The translations under genes and the position numbers were made by a program. 64,000 nucleotides of DNA from a virus: IMG/VR virus record IMGVR_UViG_3300045988_175656; one strand, given 5' to 3'. Numbering within the stretch: the first letter of the stretch is position 1; the number at the start of each line of letters is the position of its first letter. Positions 57,466 through 64,000 of the stretch are shown here, piece after piece. The notes below the pieces were generated by a model that worked only from the letters and a program-made list of their open reading frames with translations, had not been told where the DNA came from and searched no databases.

Positions 57466-58152
57466 ATGGAAAAATGGGAACTTTTAATCAGAATGGTTTT
57501 AACTCATGAAGGTGGTTATGCTAATGTGTCAGGAGATGCAGGTGGACAAACCTATTGTGGGATTGCAAGAAAAGCCAATCCAAATTGGAAAGGATGGAAA
57601 ATTATTGATGCAAATATGCCTTTAAAACACAATCAGAAACTAAATAATTCTGAATTGGATAATTTGGTTTTTGATGTATATAAAAAGAATTATTATGTAC
57701 CAATGAAAATTGATATGATAGATGACCTTATGATTTCAGCACATGTTTTTTGTCATGGAGTTAATGCAGGTAACAAAGCAGCCATAATTTTATTACAGAA
57801 AGCTATTAATGTTATATATGGCGTTAATATTGCTGTTGATGGAATAATTGGTGCAACAACATTACAATACACCAATAGAACTGATAGAGTTATTGATTTA
57901 GGTAAAGAATTAATACAACAAAGAAATAATTTTTATCGTAATATTGTAAAAAATAAACCATCCCAAAAGAAATTTTTAAATGGATGGTTAAACAGAGTTA
58001 CTGGAACAACTAATACAGTTCTTAAAGCTGAACAAAAACCAGTACAAAATGTTTTATATGCTGATTATCAAGTTAAAGAAAGTGATACTACTAATCTATT
58101 AACTTCTATTGGAAAAGGTATTATTAATCTTTTCAAAAGAAATATTAGCTAA
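57466..58152 (+). CDS. endolysin, GH108 muramidase with PG_binding_3 domain
   Basis: THEGGYANVSGDAGGQTYCGI is the GH108 signature EGGY...D.GG.T..GI. DGIIGATTL...FLNGWLNRV fits the C-terminal PG_binding_3 domain. Confidence 0.85.
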   Translation: MEKWELLIRMVLTHEGGYANVSGDAGGQTYCGIARKANPNWKGWKIIDANMPLKHNQKLNNSELDNLVFDVYKKNYYVPMKIDMIDDLMISAHVFCHGVNAGNKAAIILLQKAINVIYGVNIAVDGIIGATTLQYTNRTDRVIDLGKELIQQRNNFYRNIVKNKPSQKKFLNGWLNRVTGTTNTVLKAEQKPVQNVLYADYQVKESDTTNLLTSIGKGIINLFKRNIS

Positions 58153-59169
58153 CTCATATTCTGATAATTTTATGGTGTTTTGGAGAACTTTACGAATCCC
58201 CTTAACACCATATTCTTGATATATAAGTGATGGGTCAAACTCGTTGGGAGTAGGACACAATCTAATCTTATTATATAAATTACCTTGGTTTAATGTTTTA
58301 TACACAATTTTAGCATTAAGTACAGCATCAGAATCAAGAAAAATATTTATGTTGGCTTTTGCATTAGCCATCAATGTTTTAAATATTGAATATTTTGGGT
58401 CAATAGTTTTACCTAACAATGGTATTGAGTTTGGAGTAACAATGTGGTCAAAAGGTCCTTCCACCAAATTAATATCTTCATACCAATTTATTTTTTCTTC
58501 ATTAAAAATAATATCTGTTTTTTTTACAATATCAGAGCTAGGATTTTTATATTTAAATCTCCAACTTGGGGAAGTATAATCTCTTCCAACCCAATAATTT
58601 AATCCCCCAAATCTATCATATGAAGGTATAATTATTCTTTCTTTAAGAAATTTATCTTTATTTGTTCTTGGTATATAACCTATATTATATTTTTCTATTA
58701 TTTTATTACCAATTCCTCTATCATTTAAATATTTTAATGCATCACTTGAATAATAATCTTTATTTTTAAGAGGTGTAAAACCATCAGGAAGAGAAATTAA
58801 TATATCATCATATATTTCATCATCATCAATAAAATCAGTTTTATTAAATTTAAGCTCATACAGTTTAGATTGTCTAATTGCATAAAGTTCAGCTCTATAT
58901 TGTTGCAATATAGATTCATTTCCAAACATTTTAATTAGTTTAGAAATTTTACCAGACATTTCATTGGTTTCTCCACATACCCAACATTTGAATATATTCT
59001 TTTTAATATTTACTTCCAAATTATGTTTTCCATCTCCATCATACAACCCTTTTTCGATAGAGCACATTGGGCAATTGAACTGTATTTGAGTATCATCAGA
59101 CATGCCATTCTTAGATTTACCAAGAAAAGACTCTAATAATGTTTCAATGTTCTTTAATTCGTTCAGCAT
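58099..59169 (-). CDS. DNA primase (Zn-ribbon plus TOPRIM)
   Basis: FNCPMCS...FKCWVCG is a Zn ribbon. LVEGPFD and IFLDSDA are TOPRIM acidic motifs. Confidence 0.8.
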   Translation of the reverse strand: MLNELKNIETLLESFLGKSKNGMSDDTQIQFNCPMCSIEKGLYDGDGKHNLEVNIKKNIFKCWVCGETNEMSGKISKLIKMFGNESILQQYRAELYAIRQSKLYELKFNKTDFIDDDEIYDDILISLPDGFTPLKNKDYYSSDALKYLNDRGIGNKIIEKYNIGYIPRTNKDKFLKERIIIPSYDRFGGLNYWVGRDYTSPSWRFKYKNPSSDIVKKTDIIFNEEKINWYEDINLVEGPFDHIVTPNSIPLLGKTIDPKYSIFKTLMANAKANINIFLDSDAVLNAKIVYKTLNQGNLYNKIRLCPTPNEFDPSLIYQEYGVKGIRKVLQNTIKLSEYELANISFEKINNTFSNRS

Positions 59170-59204
59170 TTTTGTTCATTTAATAAATTGATTTCTTTTT
59201 GCTG

Positions 59205-59212
59205 CAAATATA
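59205..59212 (-). promoter_or_regulatory. Bacteroidota-type -7 box TATATTTG for the primase
   Basis: The minus strand reads TCGTATATTTGCAGC, 35 nt upstream of the ATG at 59169. It lies between the RuvC-like stop and the primase start. Confidence 0.55.
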
Positions 59213-59222
59213 CGACTTATTT

Positions 59223-59996
59223 TCAATCTATAATAATCTTTTTTGGTATTTTTTTATCCCAAACTTCCATTAAATATGAAATTTCACTTGATTTAACATT
59301 GTCACTACTAGTAATATTGAATTCAGCTTCTCCAAACTCAATTTTATTGCAAATAGCTAAACAAGTTACAAGAGCATCTGATGCATCAAAGTTTTCTTTT
59401 TTCAACTCACCTTTTTTATCATACACCCAATGGATATAGGGATATAGTTCTGATATTTTGTTCCATAAAATAAGTTTTTTATCACAATCAAATGGATATT
59501 CACCAAATAAAACAAGTTTATTTTTTTTAATTGCTGTTAATATTTTATCTTTTGAATATTCTTCTCCTTTTTTATTGAACTTCCTAATTGCCATCAATTC
59601 AGGAAATGCATATTTCCTTGCATCATAAGATGATATATATTCAGGTACTATACCCAAAATACGATAAACACTATCAGAAATCATACCATTGAATTTACTT
59701 AGTATATCAACAGTATTTACATTGTTAGACCTTAGTAATGGTTCTTCAATAACAACTTTGGTGATACCTTTATCTGCATATTCTAATAAGAATTTTTCTT
59801 CAAATACACGTTTTTTAAGAAAAAGTTGCTCAATACCTTTAATTTTACTATCTATTTTAGGGGCAACATGAGTAATCTCAATAATTTTTTTATTATTAAG
59901 GTCATAAATAGCTACCCCAATACATTTTGTGCTAATATCAAGACCCATAACAATTTCGTTCTTGTTTGACATATCTTTTTTATTATAAAATATCAT
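59223..59996 (-). CDS. RuvC-like Holliday junction resolvase / RNase H-fold nuclease
   Basis: IVMGLDISTKCIGVA, VVIEEP, ISSYDARK and DASDALV align with the RuvC catalytic acidic positions. The true start may be the second Met (59972). Confidence 0.65.
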   Translation of the reverse strand: MIFYNKKDMSNKNEIVMGLDISTKCIGVAIYDLNNKKIIEITHVAPKIDSKIKGIEQLFLKKRVFEEKFLLEYADKGITKVVIEEPLLRSNNVNTVDILSKFNGMISDSVYRILGIVPEYISSYDARKYAFPELMAIRKFNKKGEEYSKDKILTAIKKNKLVLFGEYPFDCDKKLILWNKISELYPYIHWVYDKKGELKKENFDASDALVTCLAICNKIEFGEAEFNITSSDNVKSSEISYLMEVWDKKIPKKIIID

Positions 59997-60062
59997 ATAA
60001 TAAAAGAAAAATAAACAATTAATGTTTTTTAATATTTAAAATTCGCTTTTTTTAAAGAAATT

Positions 60063-60125
60063 TAGTATTAATAATTTGGACCTTATAAATTTAATATATA
60101 AAGGACCATTATATTATATAATATT
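60063..60125. repeat. second copy of the GGACC-containing intergenic module
   Basis: TAGTATTAATAAT (60063-60075) is identical to the minus-strand 13-mer at 11388-11400. It is followed by GGACCTTATAAATT (GGACC at 60078) and ATATAAAGGACCATTATAT (GGACC at 60103). Confidence 0.8.
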
Positions 60126-60164
60126 GTTTAAATTATTAATTAATAGTAAATTAATACTTATAAA

Positions 60165-60197
60165 ATTGGTAAATGCAAGAAAAAAGTAGTATATTTG
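60165..60197 (+). promoter_or_regulatory. Bacteroidota-type promoter (ATTG-N21-TATATTTG)
   Basis: ATTG at 60165-60168 and TATATTTG at 60190-60197, 16 nt before the ATG at 60214. Confidence 0.65.
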
Positions 60198-60213
60198 CAA
60201 AAAATATTTTTTC

Positions 60214-60555
60214 ATGTCTGTTGATGAACTTAGAAATTTGATAGAAAATAAAATTTTATATGATATTATCCAATATTGTGAACTTAATGATAAATCACCA
60301 ATAGATGTTGTTAATAAGATATTAAAGGATAATTTGATTATAATGAAATATGGTGATAAACCGCCAATGTTTAATAATAAACCTAAATTTGTGCAGTTAG
60401 AAGAAGTAAAATCGGTTTTACATGAAGAAGAACTTTCTTCTTCTGAAGAAAAGCCAATTTTAGTCGATGCACCTCTTCAAATACCTGATGTTTTGCCTGT
60501 GTTTGAAGAGGAAGTTCAACCAAAGAAAAAAAGAAGAAAGTTAAATGTAAAATAA
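60214..60555 (+). CDS. hypothetical protein with basic C-terminus
   Basis: 113-aa ORF ending in KKKRRKLNVK. First gene of the operon that contains the Rad50-like and sigma genes. Confidence 0.55.
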   Translation: MSVDELRNLIENKILYDIIQYCELNDKSPIDVVNKILKDNLIIMKYGDKPPMFNNKPKFVQLEEVKSVLHEEELSSSEEKPILVDAPLQIPDVLPVFEEEVQPKKKRRKLNVK

Positions 60556-60561
60556 TATAAT

Positions 60562-62940
60562 ATGATTGAAGTTAAAAATACATCTAAATTAGTTTTTGAA
60601 TTAAATGCATTACAAATTGATTATAATAAAGAAAAAGAAGATGCTTTAATTGAATTTATTTCAAAAAAATATAATGTCCCTAAAAATAGGATTGAATTTA
60701 ATTTTGTTCCATTAACTGTTAATGATAAAGGTGAAAAAATATCATTAAATAATGATATTATTGAAAATATTCAAGACCCTAAATTTCAATCATCTTTATT
60801 TAAAGAATATTTGGAGCTTAAAGAAATTGAAGATATTGATATGGAAGCAATTAATGCTATTGATGGAGAAGTTAATTCATATATTGATTTTGATGCATAT
60901 AAAAACTATAAAAGATATATCTTTAAATATGTAAAATGGAGTAATTATTTGTCATATGGTCCTGATAACTATTTTGATTTTACAAAATTAAAAGGGCTGG
61001 TACTTTTAAATGGTTCACCTGAAAATCAATGTGGAAAAACAACTTTTGCCATTGATTTATTACGTTTTGCGTTATTTGGAAAAGCTGATAAATCACCAAC
61101 ATTGGATAGTGTTTTTAATATTTACTTACCTGAAGTAACAGATGTTGTAGTTGAAGCGTGTATTGAAATTGAAGGTATAGATTATATTATTAAACGAACA
61201 GTTACTCGTCCACCATTAAAAAAAAGAACACCAAAGAGTAAAGCTAAACAAACTATTGAATATTTTAGATTGTTGGATGGTGAAACTGAATTGTTAGAAA
61301 ATTGCCAAGATGAAAGTGTTGGAAAAACTAACCAGTTGATAAAAGAGAGCGTTGGTACATTAGAAGATTTTAATTTAGTAATGTCCGCAACTGCTTATTC
61401 TTTAGGGGAATTGTTGAGAATGGGTCAAAGCGATAAAGGAAGGTTGTTTTCTCGTTGGTTAGGGCTTCTTTCTTTAGAGAAGAAAGAAGAGGTAACTAAA
61501 AAATTATTTAAAGAAAAAATTCTTCCAACTTTTGAATCATTAAAGTATAATAGAGAAACTCTTCAACAAGAGATTGATGATTATTTGATTTGTATTGATA
61601 ATCATAAAAATTCTATTATCAAAAAGCATGAAGAACAAGAAAAAAGTATTGAATCTATTAATAGGCTAGATAAAGAAAAATCTACTATTCTTTCTTCTAA
61701 AAAAACTGTTAAAGATGGTTTGGAAAGATTGGATGTTACAACTATTGAAACTCAAATTACCAGACTAACCAACGATTTAACATTGAAAAGAACTAATATG
61801 GCAAAAATGAAAGAGGAATATATAACTAATCTTAAAAATGCCGTTTTTGATAAAAGTTCTTTGGATAAAGCACGTAAAAATAAAGAAGAATGGAAAACAA
61901 AAACAGATGAAATTCGTTCAACTGTTGTTTTATTGAAAAAACAAAATACAGAAATACAAAATCTGATAAATCAAGGAATGTGCCCTACTTGTGGACAGCA
62001 AATTGATGTTAATAATAAAAATAAACATATTGCTGAAAATAATGCAGAAATTGAAAAACTTATTGCTGATGGCATTGCTGCAAAACAAAAGGTTGATGAA
62101 TATGAGAATGAAATTAATCAATTAGAACTTAATAAAGAAAAAGCAGAAAAAAAGGCAAAATTAGAATTGACAATGATAGCATTAAAAAGTAATATTGACA
62201 CAATTAAGTTACAAATTGCTGAATTAGAAAGACAAAAAACTGAATTTGAAACAAATAAAGAAAATTTAAAATGGAACAATGAAATTAATTTAAAAGTTAA
62301 TAACATTAATGTTTCTATTTCAAATGAGACAAGAATTAAAGAAAATATCATAAAAGATATACAGAATCTTAATAATGATATTAAAAATTATACAAAATCT
62401 ATTGAAGATAGACGTAAATTAATTGATAAAATTATTAAAGAGGAAGAAATAAAAAGAAATTGGAATATTTATCAACAATTAGTAGGTAAAAATGGGATTG
62501 TTAAAATAGTACTTAAAAAAGCGTTACCAGCAATAAATAATGAACTTTCACGTTTATTAAATGGATTATGTGATTTTAAAGTGATTTTATCAATATCAGA
62601 TGATAATAAAGTTTGTCTTGATTTATATAAGGATGGTCAGAAACTTGATTTAGGCGTTGCAAGTAGTGGTTTTGAAGGTACTATGGCAAGTTTAGCGTTA
62701 AGAGCAGCTTTAGGTAACATGGCAACAATGCCAAAGCCAAATTTCATTGTCTTAGACGAAATTATTGGAACAATTGGTAGTGATAATCTTCCTAATGTTA
62801 AAAAATTGTTTGATAGAATTTTAAGTAATTATAATTTTATTATACATATTACACATATGGAAAATATTTACGATTGGCATGATATGACGATAACCGTAGT
62901 GAAAAACGGAAATGTATCAACCATTTCATCCACTATATAA
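60562..62940 (+). CDS. Rad50/SbcC-like ATPase (T4 gp46-like)
   Basis: Walker A NGSPENQCGKTT, long coiled coil with Zn-hook CPTCGQ, ABC signature SSGFEGTMASLALR, Walker B FIVLDE. Confidence 0.85.
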   Translation: MIEVKNTSKLVFELNALQIDYNKEKEDALIEFISKKYNVPKNRIEFNFVPLTVNDKGEKISLNNDIIENIQDPKFQSSLFKEYLELKEIEDIDMEAINAIDGEVNSYIDFDAYKNYKRYIFKYVKWSNYLSYGPDNYFDFTKLKGLVLLNGSPENQCGKTTFAIDLLRFALFGKADKSPTLDSVFNIYLPEVTDVVVEACIEIEGIDYIIKRTVTRPPLKKRTPKSKAKQTIEYFRLLDGETELLENCQDESVGKTNQLIKESVGTLEDFNLVMSATAYSLGELLRMGQSDKGRLFSRWLGLLSLEKKEEVTKKLFKEKILPTFESLKYNRETLQQEIDDYLICIDNHKNSIIKKHEEQEKSIESINRLDKEKSTILSSKKTVKDGLERLDVTTIETQITRLTNDLTLKRTNMAKMKEEYITNLKNAVFDKSSLDKARKNKEEWKTKTDEIRSTVVLLKKQNTEIQNLINQGMCPTCGQQIDVNNKNKHIAENNAEIEKLIADGIAAKQKVDEYENEINQLELNKEKAEKKAKLELTMIALKSNIDTIKLQIAELERQKTEFETNKENLKWNNEINLKVNNINVSISNETRIKENIIKDIQNLNNDIKNYTKSIEDRRKLIDKIIKEEEIKRNWNIYQQLVGKNGIVKIVLKKALPAINNELSRLLNGLCDFKVILSISDDNKVCLDLYKDGQKLDLGVASSGFEGTMASLALRAALGNMATMPKPNFIVLDEIIGTIGSDNLPNVKKLFDRILSNYNFIIHITHMENIYDWHDMTITVVKNGNVSTISSTI

Positions 62941-62967
62941 TAAAAAGAAAAATGAATATAATTTTTA

Positions 62968-63687
62968 ATGAAAACTTCACAACAAGCGGATTATTGTAAA
63001 GAAATTCAAACCTATTTTGATGATATTAACAAATATAAACCTTTGTTAAAAAAAGAAGAGAGACGAATTGGCAAAAAAATAAAAGCAGGTGATAGAGCAG
63101 CAATTGAAAAATTGGTAACTTCGAATTTAAAGTTTGTTGTTTCTATTGCCAAAAAATATAAAAACTATGGTGTTCCTTTTTCAGATTTGATTGCTGAAGG
63201 TAACATAGGGTTAGTAAGAGCAGCTTATAAATTTGATTATAAAAGAGATATTAAATTTATAAGTTATGCTGTATGGTGGATTAGACAAGCAATTCAAGAA
63301 TATATAAAAAAAGTCACTCTTAGTAATACAAAAGAATTATCTGATATTAGAGTAAATTCTAATTGCGCATCAGTTGATGAAAATGGCGATGATTTATCAG
63401 ATAGTAAAATAATACCTAATACATTATTAGATGATGAATTTAATGATTTGGAAGAATATAAAAAAAATTCTGTGAATAAATTATTAGAATGTTTATCACA
63501 TAGAGAATCTGACATTATTTCATGTTATTTTGGTTTGAATAACACTGATGATTTAACTTTAGAAGAAATTGGTGTTAAATATAATTTAACAAAAGAACGA
63601 GTTAGACAAATTAAAGAAAAGGCTTTACGAAAATTACGTGTGAATGCTTTGTTATCTAACGATTTTTTAAAATTAAAAGCAATGTAA
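62968..63687 (+). CDS. sigma-70 family RNA polymerase sigma factor (compact, regions 2 and 4)
   Basis: The region 2 sequence LVTSNLKFVVSIAKKY...DLIAEGNIGLVRAAYKFD...FISYAVWWIRQAI and the region 4.2 sequence LTLEEIGVKYNLTKERVRQIKEKALRKLR are present. Confidence 0.85.
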   Translation: MKTSQQADYCKEIQTYFDDINKYKPLLKKEERRIGKKIKAGDRAAIEKLVTSNLKFVVSIAKKYKNYGVPFSDLIAEGNIGLVRAAYKFDYKRDIKFISYAVWWIRQAIQEYIKKVTLSNTKELSDIRVNSNCASVDENGDDLSDSKIIPNTLLDDEFNDLEEYKKNSVNKLLECLSHRESDIISCYFGLNNTDDLTLEEIGVKYNLTKERVRQIKEKALRKLRVNALLSNDFLKLKAM

Positions 63688-63711
63688 TAATTATATTAAA
63701 AGAAATTTAAT

Positions 63712-64000
63712 ATGGCTAAAAAAAAGAAAGAAGTAGTTGAACAAGTGACAACTAATGAAATTCAAGAAGATATTATTGATATGATGAAAGAAGTATCAAT
63801 GCAACCTGAAGTAGATGTTCCTACTGAAGAAATTGCTGAAGATGTAGATGAATCAATATGTGATGGTGATGTTGTTCCTGTAATTGAGGAAGATGTTGTT
63901 AAAACAGATATAGTAATTGAAGATACTATTACTCCATTAGTATCAATTGATTTGACTAATGAACAATTAGATAAAATTGATGATTTTAAACAAGAAGATG
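63712..64000 (+). CDS. partial ORF (5' part), acidic hypothetical protein
   Basis: ATG at 63712 (MAKKKKEVVEQVTTNEIQEDIIDMMKEV...). I translated it by eye to the window end and found no stop. It is not in the ORF track because it is truncated. Confidence 0.5.
   Translation, partial: MAKKKKEVVEQVTTNEIQEDIIDMMKEVSMQPEVDVPTEEIAEDVDESICDGDVVPVIEEDVVKTDIVIEDTITPLVSIDLTNEQLDKIDDFKQED

Noticed and set aside
58244-58579. 111-aa plus-strand ORF. Similar antisense ORFs occur at 27588-27980, 30929-31297, 52167-52535, 55968-56318 and 59188-59439.
   Set aside because: All lie antisense to genes with clear family motifs (primase, FEN, RNR, fibre, RuvC-like). Long antisense ORFs are expected in AT-rich, stop-poor frames.
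1-64000. Stop-codon reassignment, as seen in some gut phages.
   Set aside because: Genes of 2000+ codons read through uninterrupted in the standard code, and recognisable proteins end at sensible positions. I saw no in-frame TAG or TGA clusters in conserved domains.

Overview
This window is a visibly AT-rich, almost gap-free coding segment of a large contractile-tailed dsDNA phage (myovirus type), not bacterial chromosome.

Layout:
- (1) Tail module, 82-21712: a long sheath, tube, assembly genes, a 1039-aa tape measure, then three consecutive cell-wall-engaging genes. These are a 1098-aa protein with an OmpA-like domain, a LysM/gpX-like protein, and a 2193-aa protein with M15 peptidase and SLT transglycosylase motifs.
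- (2) Early/replication cassette of about 11.6 kb, 21713-33411: gp32-like SSB, thymidine kinase, RecA/UvsX-like ATPase, FEN/RNase H, DnaB/gp41-like helicase and class II RNR.
- (3) Baseplate-wedge and fibre module, 33469-56517: gp25-like and gp6/J-like proteins, then one ~20-kb operon. That operon encodes 1994-aa and 2008-aa proteins; the latter carries about 11 tandem BACON-like modules.
- (4) Minus-strand Mre11/SbcD-like nuclease, a plus-strand GH108 endolysin, then minus-strand primase and RuvC-like nuclease.
- (5) Rad50/SbcC-like ATPase and a phage sigma-70-family factor.

No head, portal, terminase or DNA polymerase genes are present, so the genome must be considerably larger than this window.

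I infer a Bacteroidota host from three things: seven near-identical TAnnTTTG-type promoter boxes, the absence of Shine-Dalgarno motifs, and the BACON-like repeats.

Most interesting:
- Two apparent promoter classes: host-type boxes on early genes versus TTGACT-N17-TATTTT before late operons, together with a phage-encoded sigma factor.
- A composite GGACC-containing repeat element shared by two intergenic regions.
- An antisense moron plus endonuclease islet inside the tail operon.
- The peptidoglycan-engaging tail-tip gene cluster.
- A perfect 80-bp in-frame duplication in the tape measure gene.
- A possible +1 frameshift upstream of the tape measure.

All family assignments come from motif recognition by eye. 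No database search was run.
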